Below, piece by piece: positions 1 to 12,640 of a stretch of 64,000 nucleotides of DNA. The stretch comes from Phoronis australis (lineage: Eukaryota > Animalia > Phoronida). The notes below the pieces were generated by a model. The model saw only the letters and a program-made list of their open reading frames with translations, had not been told where the DNA came from and ran no database searches. Position numbers and translations under genes: made by a program. The first letter of the stretch is position 1, and every line of letters begins with the position of its first letter. The DNA lies in contig NMRA01000239.1 in the NCBI GenBank assembly GCA_002633005.1, positions 548,502 to 612,501 on the forward strand, written 5' to 3'.

Positions 1-1266
1 TTTTATGCCATGCCACATCCTGTCAACCGTACCCTCTAACTCGTCGCTCTCGTAGTTACTTTGTCTTAAAAAGTCTCCAGCATCTTTGAAATCTGTCACA
101 AATTACCAAACAAACGGATTGGTACATTCGAAAAGACACAGTACGCTTTACGTGTGCAACCACAATTTCACATTATTGAATTTTGGCTGATCTGCCTAAA
201 ACATTCGACCTTGAGACCATGACCAGACGATTGAGTTTTCATTTGAGCATAAGCTTCTTTCCGCAGTTATTCACGGAACTCTACAACCCAAAATGCAATA
301 TTTTGATAATGTAAATAATTTTCGTTACAGATATGACCTACGTCGACACCTAAGCACTAAATTTGCTAGTCAAAAAGATTAATTTCTGAAAAGTGAATTA
401 CCTACTATTTAGTGTTCGAATACACTTGGGTTTTACTCAGATGAGTGTCTAGTCCCTAAATTCGAGGTACGGATTGAAGCAAAACTTGGGGCTTCGAATA
501 AAGATTTAAATCATAGCAAAAACGCTCATCAAGTGCAAGCGTCCACACGAGCCATTAATGTATTCGAGCTCAGAATAACGTATTTTGGGTTCGTAATAAA
601 GCACAAAGTATGAGGAAATGTTCCATTTCGAATACAAAAATTAGATCCCAGGTTCAGGCTCTGGAAATGGCGCATTTCCGGTTACCATGCCTACAGAGGA
701 AAGCTCAACAATCTGAAAATACAATTTCAAATTCATTGGGCGGACAGTGAGAACTAATCGAAACCAATGACGTCACAATCGTATTAGCTTACGTGTGCAT
801 GTATTCGCGCACACGGAAATCTTAAAAAAAACGTTGTCAAAAGTAAGGTTTCAGTCGTAATATTGCCTACGTGAAAATGATACAAATATGATACGAGTGA
901 AATGAAAACATTTTGAAATCGCAAAGACAAAGTTACGTCTTCAAAATAAAAACAGAGTCATGTGGATGGCTTGAAAATCACTTGTAGGCTAAGTTCTTCT
1001 AAATGAGAGCTACGTGTTACGACTAAATACAGGAAAAATGAGACAAGGAAGTCATCTTTGTGGTTATATTTAATCAAATCAATATGATGACAGAATTTCC
1101 TTTATACCATTCTCAATGACGTAGTCCGCACCAAAACAAGAGAGCTTTCTCTGTAAGCTCCTAAAATGGCATTAACTGATGGCTCCGAGGGGGAACGTAG
1201 AACTACGTGATGCTGTGACGGGCTCACCCGAACCCTTGAAAATAGGGGGCAATGTAAGGAACTTAC

Positions 1267-4200
1267 TGTTGTCCTTGGCGCCTTTATTAAGTAGTTCGAC
1301 AAAACGTGGGTACAGTTTGCGTATATGTGGTCCCACCGCGTCCCGCCAAGATTTCCACGCCCACAGCAACTGATTACTGTCGCTAGATGTCGCGAAGATG
1401 TGCTCCAATTGTGGGAGGCGGAAGCACGTGTTCTGCCTACAAACCTTGCCAGACTCGTAAAGCCGCCGCAACTGGCCGCTGATCTTCACAAACTCTCTGT
1501 GTTGCATGAAGCAAGAAATATTTTCTATTAAGGCCACCATTACATTAATTCCAGGGGTGTAGTCCTGAAAATGCAACTGTATGAACATGGCAGCGTTTGA
1601 TGACTTATAACCAGGGCATTGATTCAGTGTTCACACATGTCTTAAATAATAACCGGTTCCATAATCTTTTTCACAACGCTGAAATTTCTATGGTTTCTGA
1701 ATGTCGTTGCACCTTGCAAACAATACTACGGTATACGCTGTCACGAAATAACTGAGATAAAGACAATGCAATTACAGATTAAGGATGTATAAAAATATCG
1801 CAAATTCCCTGAGAGGTTATATTTCATCTCCTTCCTCAGGAAAAATCTCAAACGGTACGCGCACGTGCTTAGTCACGTGAAAGCACCACAACAGGACTTG
1901 CTAATGCCAGTATTGAGCAGAATAGCATTATCGGCTGTCACTTGTTCTCTAAAATACTTTTTTGGTTAATGCGTGGACAATTATGATGTCTTCACGCAAG
2001 TCTCTCCCGATATATTAAACAAGGAAATACGTCAATTCCTAAACGAGTCTATCAACAGTGTCTTTGATGACGAAAGCAGACCAGTGTCGTTGGATACATT
2101 ATGGATATCGTCGTCTTCTTCGTATTGAGTAGTTTTGCACCACCCCGTTTAATTTCTTCAGCAAAGTTTGTAAGCGTTGCGTTCCTACTGTTTTGGAATT
2201 CAGGTCACAAATGGCCGATATACACTTTTTGGGGGCCCGAAGCTTGATCAGATATAGTGGTTCTCGTGACCAAGACGGAATATTAACGTAGTGTAGACTA
2301 TGAAACTACAAAGAGTCTCCCGACCTCAGGCGGTTACCAATTCACTTACCTGGTCGCTGAACTGTTACCAGTTGCAACTTACCCCCCCCCCGCTCAGTCG
2401 GCCAACGCCACTTACAGTAGATTAGATTACTACGTTAGTTGGAAAGCCGACAAAAGCCGACAAAAGAGCTCCCTTCGCTAACAGGGGCGCAGACCTTTTA
2501 AGGTTCAAGGCTTCACCAGCCTCGTGGTAAAACTGCCACTGTCTCGGGCATAACGTTGTGTTAGTCATACCTGCTGTTTGAATGAATACACTTTACTTAC
2601 AGGGCGTGATTCGGATCCGAAGGATCTGCGGACTGGTACGTTATCAGCGTCATTTGCCTTAGCGCGTCACGGTCAAAGTACCGCCTGTCTTGCAGCTGTT
2701 TTCTAAAATAAGTCACTTGGGCTCTCATGAAGTCAGTTATCTCTTGCGTTGCTTGCACTAGCTGAAACGACAGAAATCCATGGTTTACTAATCTGCACGG
2801 TAATCTGCCACACGTGTCCATGTATTCCGATCCCTAAAGAAGCTGTTCAATGCAAGAAGCTTTATTAAGCTCATTAAATTGAGTATCTTTACCTAAAAGA
2901 GTTCATTTTGACTACCTACCGCGATTTCATAAATGGTGAAATAATGACTATACACCTGTATTTTGTACGATTTTCCTCACAGCAGCAGAAGCTACTCCGA
3001 AATATAGACTTTCTGCATTTTTATTGTTCTCAGATTTTTTGACGGTGATACCACGCATCTATTGAAAATGTACACCGTCTGGCAAAATCAACGGTTGTAT
3101 CACAGTAGGTGGTGTTATTAATTGCCTTAAATTTTAGACAGATTTGTTAACGTTTCATGCAATTCTCACTAAATTATGACTCTTTCTGCTCAATTTCCCA
3201 ATAGCATTCTACGTTAATTTTGCTGGCTCTTAAATGATGGACATGCGCTGTGCGATGGCAGATGTGCAGTACACACCCTATTGATGATAAAGTGTTTTGC
3301 CCCATACGCTTTGAATCTGTCGAGGGAAATACGGCCATGTAATAAAGTTTTCCGTATTCACCTCCCGCACTACTTCAACAGTGACCTCTGACATGGAAAG
3401 TTCAAAAGGTAGGTCAATGTCGACTCGACGTCGTAAGCCGGTTCGATCATCAAACTTTCGGAAAATAGTTTAAAGTAATACAATTATAGCAGTGTAAATA
3501 ACGCTTAACATACAATCAGGTCTCAATCGTAACATCTGGAACAGAACTGTTAATTATATGACAGTTCTGTCTCAGTTTTTTTTTTTTTTTTTTTTTTTTN
3601 NNNNNNNNNNNNNNNNNNNNNNNNNNNNNNNNNNNNNNNNNNNNNNNNNNNNNNNNNNNNNNNNNNNNNNNNNNNNNNNNNNNNNNNNNNNNNNNNNNNN
3701 NNNNNNNNNNNNNNNNNNNNNNNNNNNNNNNNNNNNNNNNNNNNNNNNNNNNNNNNNNNNNNNNNNNNNNNNNNNNNNNNNNNNNNNNNNNNNNNNNNNN
3801 NNNNNNNNNNNNNNNNNNNNNNNNNNNNNNNNNNNNNNNNNNNNNNNNNNNNNNNNNNNNNNNNNNNNNNNNNNTTCTCCTATCAATGTTTTTATATTAT
3901 TGCATTCGAAAAAGATGTGATCCACTGTTTCACTTTGTGAATGACAGAAAGTACATACATCAGAGTCCACCAGGTTAATTTTTCTAAGAAAAGAGTTGGT
4001 TACAAGTATTCTATGTAATAGTTTAAACTGCAGAGTACATAACTTGAAATCATAAGTAGTTTTAAAAGACATTGAATATAATTTTTTCCAGTCATCACTT
4101 CGAAAGTTATAACCTTCGTTTTGAAAATTTTTTTGTGCAATAGGCAAAATGTTGTTGTGGCAGACACTTTCATATATCATTTTACATATTGATGTGCAGT

Positions 4201-5505
4201 TTAAAAAATTACGGATATTAAAAGGTATTAGTGGTCCATATATCTTAATTAACTGCATTTGTACTGGTGTTCTCCTCAGAAACGACCTAATAGACTCTGT
4301 CTCAGTTTTCATTTGCTAAATATTTTATCTTCGGCAACTTAGGAGCCGATTCCTCGATAACTACAATGTCAAATATTGCTGTTATTTAACTATTTTCAGG
4401 AGATGTTACAAGTTCAGTTAAAATTTACCCTTGTTTTTGTCTTTGTAATCTCTTTTCAAGTAATAAATCGTTACCTTTAAAACTGTTTCTTTTACTAGAG
4501 AAAACTTGCAGCCTAACGCGCAAGTACATAATACAGGATGTGATCCGCAACGTGAAGAGTCTCGGTGAAGTATTTAAAAAATCTGCGGAAAAAATGAAAG
4601 AAACTTAGGAATTCGAAGCGTATGGGATAAATACAAAACGTACCTCGATTGGCGTACATGAACTAATATCCCACTAGACAGTATTCCGCGTGTCGACCGA
4701 GACCGAAGGTCGAGGTCTATACGCGGAACAATGTCTCGTGGGATATTACTTCATGTACGCCACTCTCGGTACGTTTTATGTATGTCTTGCTCCGAAACTT
4801 TACAAAATGAAATATCACTTATATCCTGCATTGTTTTCTTCTTACGCACCTTACGGTGGTTGTCCAGCTTTAAATCTGTAAGAAAATTGAAAGCCGCTTC
4901 CGCCTCGTTGTGACGCATTTTTATGTACTGCCGATTAAATTTCGTGACGTCCACTTTGAACAAACGTCGACAAAACAGGCGACATGTGGCAGCATAGTAC
5001 GGTCCGTAGTAATATTCACAGCAATCGCAGCAGTCGCGCAAAGTAAACCTTCTGTAGTTTCGTAGATCAACTAGAAATGAAAAGGTAATTCATCATTTTA
5101 ATTGGTCATCTTGCATTAAATAATGTAGCTTCAACGGTTCCTTTGTGAACGCCGGGTCAATGAATTTTTACGTTACTTCTACACCCTTTCAAATAATCTT
5201 TTTGGAACCATAATGCTATACGAACTCATAAGATACTCTCCCCAAGGTCAAAATCGTACCCTAAATGTGTACCGTGCTCAGGTGTAAACAGTTAAAATAT
5301 TTTTAACAACACCGTGTTCTTGAGTAACTTGTCACATAAGGGTATGGCGATTCATAATTAAATGGGAAAACAGCCATTTTAAGACAACATTACCAAAACA
5401 CAGATCCACGGAGGTGTTTCCACGTTGGTAAATGCTCTCCGTGTCGTATTTACTATTCATGCAACAGTAGAGTGTGACGTAAACGGCCCAGCACAATGTT
5501 CGCAT
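1267..5505 (-). CDS. Angiotensin-converting enzyme-like (peptidase M2) gene, 5' exons; continues beyond the left edge of the window
   Basis: GT-AG exons 4850-5051, 2601-2761 and 1267-1496 join in phase to give ...FNRQYIKMRHNEAEAAFNFLTDLKLDNHRK|LVQATQEITDF...HAL|EFVKISGQLRRLYESGKVC...LEHIFATSSDSNQLLWAWKSWRDAVGPHIRKLYPRFVELLNKGAKDN, which matches the ACE N-terminal region (LLWAWxxWRDAVG motif). The probable signal-peptide exon is ~5454-5505 (MRTLCWAVYVTLYCCMN). The join between exons 1 and 2 is out of frame (see findings). The HEXXH exon is not in this window. Confidence 0.85.
3580..4295 (-). mobile_element. 5'-truncated L1/Tx1-type non-LTR retrotransposon in an ACE intron
   Basis: The minus-strand ORF reads W..LY...LQFKLLHRILVTN..L..INLVDSDVCTFCHSQSETVDHIFFEC (zf-RVT C-terminal zinc finger of L1-clade ORF2). 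The poly(A) tail is the T-run at 3576-3599. An exact 14-bp target-site duplication TCTGTCTCAGTTTT lies at 3566-3579 and 4296-4309. Part of the element is hidden in the N gap. Confidence 0.9.
4631..4782. repeat. Long near-perfect hairpin (palindromic mini-element)
   Basis: TGGCGTACATGAACTAATATCCCACTAGACAGTATTCCGCGT... pairs with ...ACGCGGAACAATGTCTCGTGGGATATTACTTCATGTACGCCA around a GAA loop; arms are ~70 bp. Confidence 0.9.
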
Positions 5506-6543
5506 CTTCGCTTTGCATCTCTTCAGCAAACAAGAAGAATAGATAAAGAGCTCTCTCAGTAACGACTCAGACATTGTAAATGCAGAATGACAGTGAAAAC
5601 AGAACCAAGTTTCGGGCCTTTGGCTGGGACGTTTACATTCCTGTTAAGGAAATGTTTATAAATCTTACCTACCAGGCAACATTAACCTACAGACGAGTGT
5701 ACATATTGAAATCGTCTTTCCAAGATAACCAATGACATGTATCTTTACTACATGCAACATCGAAACCGGTTTCTTTCTCTCTTAAAAATTGTGAATTTAT
5801 GTGACTTGATTGGCGTTATTTGAAATAAAAACATGTTTGTGATAACATGAATGTTCAGGTAATTGCTAAAGAATCTCGTGAGGTGGCGAGAACACGCAGC
5901 AGGTCTTAGGATATACACAATGGTCTGGCAGACGTGTGCTCCAAAGGGGAGTTACCAATCTATACCACAGGAAGGCTCTCTAGCTGTTCTTCAACACATC
6001 AAATGTCTTCGGAAGTCTTAATTTAGTAGAAAACCGTTTGCTACTGTAGATGAGGTAACAAGGTGCCCTTACGGGCACCTAGATGCCAGACGTCATCTAC
6101 CTAATGATATTACGTGACTAACCATTGACATTATACAAATACATTGCAATAATATAAGAAATTAGATGTGATAGGACATAAGATTATATGAAATGACAAA
6201 TCGAAGATTAAATGTATTTAGTTTCAGTACACGATACACATGTACATTAATTTGTTGTTGCAAACACCGAATGAGCTACATGGTGTCGGCAACTCATATT
6301 ACAATTTAGTAGCTGTCGAACTCAACTTGTTCTTGTCAAAAAGTGTGATTTCTGAGGTTGAACATAACTGACAGATAGTGGTTATTGACCAGGATCTGTA
6401 AGTTGACTTGTTAATATTTTATGTGCCCAGTGCTTTGTAAGATCAATTATCACTTCTCGTTGAAAAACACGTTTGTGCACTGTAGCACTGAGTAATTTAG
6501 TTTCTTCTGAGCGTGGGTCTATTGTCACTTTAAGAGTCTTGGT

Positions 6544-6660
6544 AAATATAGATTATTACATGTTCTCAGTCGTTATCTCCCGTAGTATAGAGCCCGAGTG
6601 GATTTTGGAGAATTATCGCCCGAGGGGGATAACGAATGAGAACATGTAATAACCTATTTT
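6544..6660. repeat. Hairpin / inverted repeat element
   Basis: TAGATTATTACATGTTCTCAGTCGTTATCTCCC pairs with GGGGGATAACGAATGAGAACATGTAATAACCTA; spacer ~40 bp. Confidence 0.8.
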
Positions 6661-7235
6661 ATTATATCACATACTGAACGAGAAACATTGCAATGAATCG
6701 ATCTACCTTTCTCGGCTCGCCTCGGCTTTGTAACTACTTTCTGTGTCAAAGGCCCGGGGTCGGAGGTCGTGACCTTTTAGAAAAGCCAAGCTATTTTTGT
6801 GAAATAATGCTTTTACTCAAAACCAATTGGAAATTTAAACAAAATAGAAATAAAGTGAATCAATAAATGAAGGTTTAGCAACTATTATAGCATACCACAC
6901 ATTTTATCGCGGTAAGCTTCGACCGTGAAAATATCGTCTGCTAAAGGTTACCACTGGTAACTGAGTATAATGCTCAAGTCAAAGGATCCCGACTACACCA
7001 TACCGGCATTCAAATTGGAGATCGGTGATTTACAAGTGAGAGAAAATGAGAGAAAAAAAATCACTGAATCAAAATGTCGTTTTTATGGAAATTATGCGTC
7101 TTATTTTCCATAGCGTATAAATATCGGTACCATAGACATATTGTGATGTCTTTGGTCGGTACAATGCCCTTTGTTGAATATGCGATTGCTGAGAGTGCTC
7201 ATTTAAGTATTCTATTTTCACGTTCGATGACGTCA

Positions 7236-7315
7236 GCCGCTGATAGTGGTGCTGTGGTAAAGTCGACGACCCGAAACTCTTGTGGCCCGGGTTCGAAACC
7301 GGCCTGGGTTACAGC
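7236..7315 (+). mobile_element. tRNA-derived SINE-like head
   Basis: A-box-like GTGGTGCTGTGGTAAA and B-box GGTTCGAAACC at tRNA spacing; no clean acceptor stem. Confidence 0.55.
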
Positions 7316-8459
7316 CAAAATATTATTTCACTAGTGAGATAACTAAATGGGTTATTACACGGTTGTATTGGTCATTCCAGGCTAATATTGTGGTATAATG
7401 CTAGTTTACTGTGAATCCTGCTCCGTAGACGCGAGAACCTCGTGAGAATTAACGCGAGATCACGCAAACCTTCAGGAGATATCGCATTCATTCGAGCACA
7501 TAACTACACTAACTAATGCTTTCACGAGACTCCTGGATCTACGGAATTCATCCTTGGTCTGTAATTAATAAATCCTAAAATCCGTTGTAGGAAAAATCTG
7601 TAGTTTCACCAAAAGAATAAGTGTCACTATGATATGTATCATGAATGTATTATGTATTGAAAATATAAATAATTATCTTTTACTTTCAAATCCAATCAAA
7701 TCGTGTAATCATATTCCATCTAATTTCGTTCATTGTTACAGTGAATTTGTATCATATATACGTTTAGAGAGGTACTATCACAAACAACGACTGGCAACTA
7801 CGTATTCCTCAGGCCAAAAAATGGAAACCACTTATCAGATTCGATAACACTTTCGATATGTTGTGTCGGAGTAGCTCAAGAGCTTTCATTTGGTATATAT
7901 TTTAACTTCAATTTTATTGCACTTCGTTGTTTTGTGTCTGTTTTTTCCTTGAAGTCGCTACACAACGGCAACAATTAATCTGTGCAACCATACAACTAGA
8001 CAGGGATAATTTTAGAAGCGCGCCCCGTACGTCTCTGGGACATAAAACACTTCATTGACGCAATACCGGCAAGGGGCGGACGAAAGCTGCGTGTTTCAAT
8101 TTCGCATGACTTTATCATGCATAATACGCAATCGGCCAATATCCACCTGGTACCCGGTACCCATCTGATACGTATCACTACTTTTGTGTACAAAGCCGTG
8201 ACCCATGAATTGCCAACACATCTTCATAAATAAACATTGAACAAATCACTCTGGTGTTGCATTGAACCCTATGAGATTTATGACCTATGTCACAAATCCC
8301 TTTATTTGAGCAAATGAAAAATCGTTAACTCTTTCTCTCTCATTTCACATGACGAGGTGAGTCTAGCCCTCTTTCACTTGAAGGCTTTTAAATTATCACA
8401 GTTCTCAATTTGTCCCACACTTCCTCACCGTAGTCTTCTGCCGGTCGTCGCAGTCACAG

Positions 8460-8858
8460 CACCTACTGGAGCGCTACCGTTAAAGTGCCCGGCGACAGTA
8501 GAAGGCTGAACTCACTGGAGAAGATGATTTTTTATTAGTCTGGTGCCGTAAACTCCAGAGGAATTTCACTACCGTACCATCTACATCGCGTGCGTGACCC
8601 ACCACCCTGTTCACGGTTTCATTGCGACATTGAGTCGGTAAGGGAGCCACAACGCGGGCTTGTTCTTGTAACCTTCCTGATTATGTACACACCTTGCGTG
8701 ACAGGACTGTTCCTGTAACCTTCCTGATTATGTACACACCTTGCGTGACAGGACTGTTCTTGTAACCTTCCTGATTAGGTACACACCTTGCGTGACAGGA
8801 CTGTTCACCCAAGCTGTCCCTAACTGGAGAAATCAACGTTAGCACACTCCAGTAGGTG
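8460..8858. mobile_element. TIR-bounded non-autonomous element with an internal 47-bp tandem array
   Basis: Termini CACCTACTGGAG...CTCCAGTAGGTG. Confidence 0.6.
8661..8806. repeat. Minisatellite, 47-bp unit, about 3.1 copies
   Basis: TGTTCYTGTAACCTTCCTGATTAKGTACACACCTTGCGTGACAGGAC repeated head-to-tail with 1-2 mismatches. Confidence 0.95.
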
Positions 8859-10550
8859 TGTTCACTCAGCCTGTCCGGCACCTGCGCTCTGAGTATTGTT
8901 GTCGCCCATTTGGCGTTTTTTTGTGCCCATTTGATACTGCATGTTATAGTTAGCCCGTTTGGCACTTTGTGTACTCATCTCGTACTTCACGTTATAGTTG
9001 CCGTTTTGCTCGAACCCTTCTGACGGGCAATCAACCAATAGGCTACTCTTGGGGGACCGTGCGCCGTCTCAGTGGTATCGTGTATCAATCTGGATTACAA
9101 TGCAGAGCAGCTGATCAAAACCACAATTTTAGCGAGATTTGGGGTCTTGTATATTACGAAAATGCAGATTCCAACTGCGGATTTCAGTTAAATTGCGATG
9201 CAGCTAGCCTTTCAGACTAATTACTAGTCGCGTAACGTACTGAGAAAGCAGACGAAACCACGGTCGCATATTTAATGCCACCTCCAAAAATTTAAAGGAC
9301 TATTGTCCTAAAAGTTTTGCCCATAGATTTGAGGTATTTGGGTCGATTGACCCACAGTCACGTTTTTCTAAAATGATCCATGTCTAGATTACTCTATCCG
9401 TAAAGCAGAAACAAAAATGTCAATCATTTTGTTCAGAGTCACGGTCCTCCCTATTTCGACAGTGTTACAGCATTGGAAATCTAAAAAGATGACGTCGGTT
9501 CGTATTCGAATGTTACATTGTACTAGTCAGAAAAAGAATTACAACTGCTATATAACCCGACTCAGCATCTTTCACTAGGCGTAGCTAGGTCAGGGACAGA
9601 AACACGTTCAGTGTAAATCAACGCACAATGCATTAATTTTGAGGATTTTGTCATCTCATGATGCTTCTTATTCAACAGAAGCCAGAAACAAGATACATGT
9701 ACAAGTTCGTGGCGGCTTACCGTAAATAAACAAACCTGCAAGGTCAAATATTCTCGATAGCATAGCGACTAGTGATTTTTTGTGAAACCATTTTACAAGC
9801 CTTATGGCCTGTAACATAGTGCTTCGGCATTATAGTAGATTGAAGTCACGAGAAGAGATGCCATGTGTTTCATTATAAAACTTGTTAAAATGACTCCACG
9901 ACTGTCCACCTACTGTCCTGTTTTCCGGTGTTTAAACTGCGGCCAATCGCTCTAAGGAAGTCGTCCGTAGGAGATAAGGCTGGCAATACCAGTGGACACA
10001 ACAAGAACACAGCCATGCGGAAAACAGCAGCCATTGCGCTCTACTGGTACCGTGCCTCTGATGTGAGCCGGTTAGAGTACGCAGTGTACTTGTAGCCTGT
10101 GCGTGCTAAGGTTGTGCACGCATGAACGATCTGTGGTCAACAGGTTACGTTTGTGAAAAGACATGACATCCTGATCAGCATACAGGTGAACCTACGCGTA
10201 AAGACCAGGAGTTGGTACATGTAAATAGATTTCGAATCACTTTTCGTTTAGTTGTCATTTTAGCGCACCAACTTTAACAAGGTGTGGAAATTATATTACT
10301 GTTACAGAATCGACACACTATATCTGGCAAGTGTAAAACTTATAAGACTGATGTAAATTTGAACGACATAAAAGTTGATGGTGATTACGAAAAGTGCATT
10401 TAAATAAACACTTATTAATCAGATTGTAGTCACAAACTAGACCAGTGTTCACAACCACGCGCATAGCCGTAACTTGATTTCCTAAACAGAGACGTACCGC
10501 ATTGCAATGTTACTGTGCGTCTGTGCGAAACTGCACTTTTATGTACAATT

Positions 10551-10752
10551 TTATTGTTGGGAAAATGAGTGAACGTTGCTCACGTAAATTAATTCTTGTT
10601 AGAGGCGCGTAAAGTAATACTTTACACTTCTAAATAATTACCTTAGTACACCGTTAAAAGTTACTTTGCGCTGCAAATGTACTTTACTCCTCTAACAATA
10701 GTTAACTTACGCACGTAAGTTACGTAACGTCCATCCATTTTGCTGACGATAA
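10551..10752. repeat. Imperfect foldback (old MITE-like palindrome)
   Basis: TTGTTAGAGGCGCGTAAAGTA versus TACTTTACTCCTCTAACAA, with further pairing extending outward ~65 bp. Confidence 0.7.
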
Positions 10753-11689
10753 GATTGAGGCATATGCGGCAATACGCGTCAATCAAGTAGGATATATATG
10801 TAGGCTCAAGGGCCTAAACGCGTGGCCAAATTATTTACCAAATTTCTTCGAAATATGCCAAAAAAACTCCAATTATACAGAGGCAAACGTAAAAAATGCC
10901 AGTACGAGGCACAGCAGTAGTAAAAACGGATGCGCATATATGCTAATTTAAAGAATGAGACTATGCAAATGATGTTGCTTGGGCTTATATATACTAAACT
11001 TAGGGGCAGGCGCCAATATACTCGCCATTTGGGTAAAGAAAAAGGCCGCGGAAAAGGTATAGGCCCATGGGCCTAAAGGCGCGGCAACACGGTATGTGGA
11101 GATAGGTGGACCGAGAGGGCACACAGTACTTTTTGCGTAGATAATTTCAAGTGATACTGAAATCTCCGTGGTGTAAGGTGGGTGTCAGAAGAGGAGAGAA
11201 AGACACAGCAAAACATTTGGAAGAGAGAAAAGTTCGGGAATATTCGTCAACCACCACCGCCGGTTTTACCCTTTGGAGGCCTCACCCACAACATTTATGA
11301 TAGGGTCTAAAATGTAGTATGGATCGCTCACGCTCACTTGAAAACGTGCTCATGCATATACATGTACATACTTCGAAGAAGTTCAAGAACACAATAAGAC
11401 AACTTTCAAGGAATGCAAAGCGGTATTTTCCAAGGACTCCTCTTTCGCAAAGGACAATGTAGTCGTTTGGCGCTCTTTTTCTTTTTTTAGAAATTGTATA
11501 TCATTTAAAACAAATATCATCTCTTGGAGGTGCCAAGAATTCACACATTGTTGTCGTTCATGTTTATGTTTCTTTTTCATACTACCACATATACGTATTT
11601 GAGTGCATGTTGCCGTAATCCCTGTAGTGGGGTCCCGGCGACCATTACCCGGTATCCGCTGCTGCGTCCAATCTCCTAAACCCCTTGAT

Positions 11690-12640
11690 GATTGGATAAA
11701 AGTGAGATTTGGAAAATGTGTTCCTATGAAGCGGACGACAGAGTTGCTCGGCGATGAATCGTCATGAACTTTAAGCAATTAGAGCTTTCCATTAAGGAAA
11801 CGTCTTTGCTTGGGCCATTATCGCAGGGATTAAACATAAATGTATGCTGCGCCACCTATTACTATTTTTATTATTTTTGTCGTGTATCTTTCTAGCTGTC
11901 AAATAGCGTAAAGGATCACTATGAAAATTGGCAAATGTGTTCCTACTCAGAAAACTACACGTATGCCTGACGTGCGTTCAGTAGACGCTAGGACCTACGC
12001 TAGGACCTAGCTAAAACCTAGTCAAAGTCACGTGCTCTCATTTAAAATGCACAGCAATATCTCACGTAATCTCGCGAAGTCTTGCTTTTTAGCGAGGTCC
12101 TAGCGTTACTGAACGGTAGGCTGGAGTTGATTTTCGGACGAATCCGACTACTGCGACGCCCCCTAGAGGCAAATTGATTTTTGTGTCCGTGGCTGCATAT
12201 GTATCTCCCAAACCCCTTGCCGGGTATTTTCCCAATGAATGTGACATCGGACAACTACAACTTTTGGACGGATCAGACTATCGCTGTGCCACCTGATGGA
12301 GTTTACCTCAGCACCTTCAGAGTTTCTGGACAGATTTTCATGAAACTAGGTCAATTATGTTTCGAGTAGACGACATGTTCCTATTTTCGGATGACTTCGT
12401 TGTATTTGCGCCACTTATTGGCCTTTTTGTTTTTATGAATGTACTTTGGCATCCGCTGTTTTTCTCAGTGGGAACCGCTCCAAAAGTCATTATGAAAATT
12501 GATAGATGGGATCGTGCTGATTAAACCACGGCTGACGTAGATGCTCGGACATGTCTGACTACTATGGCACTCCCCTAGTGGCAACGTTTTGCTTTGCGTT
12601 GTCCCTGAATCTTCTTCATTCCTTGCAAGATCTTTGCAAG
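11690..12640 (+). mobile_element. Degenerate copy of the CTCF-motif tandem element (same family as 36068-37480, opposite orientation)
   Basis: ACGGCTGACGTAGATGCTCGGACATGTCTGACTACTATGGCACTCCCCTAGTGGCAA (12528-12583) aligns with the reverse complement of ~37190-37247. It holds five CTCF-like motifs. Boundaries are approximate. Confidence 0.65.
11975..12115. mobile_element. Small MITE nested in the element above
   Basis: Inverted termini CGTTCAGTAGACGCTAGGACCT / AGGTCCTAGCGTTACTGAACG. Confidence 0.7.

Noticed and set aside
1-1266. Next ACE exon
   Set aside because: A candidate acceptor near 691 leads to a stop and lacks the expected ACE continuation; the next exon is probably outside the window.
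3558-3920. Poly-Phe/X ORF
   Set aside because: It is a read-through of the poly(T) tail and the N gap.
4751-4849. Continuation of the 96-aa ORF as ACE coding sequence
   Set aside because: ACE similarity ends at the AAG|GTGCGT donor (4850); the rest runs into the intronic hairpin.
7236-7315. Functional tRNA gene (likewise ~30893-30947, ~40932-41005 and ~63485-63560)
   Set aside because: A/B boxes are present, but no complete cloverleaf could be formed; treated as SINE or TE-derived.
8661-8806. CRISPR-like repeat array
   Set aside because: Units are head-to-tail with no unique spacers; the context is eukaryotic, with no cas genes.
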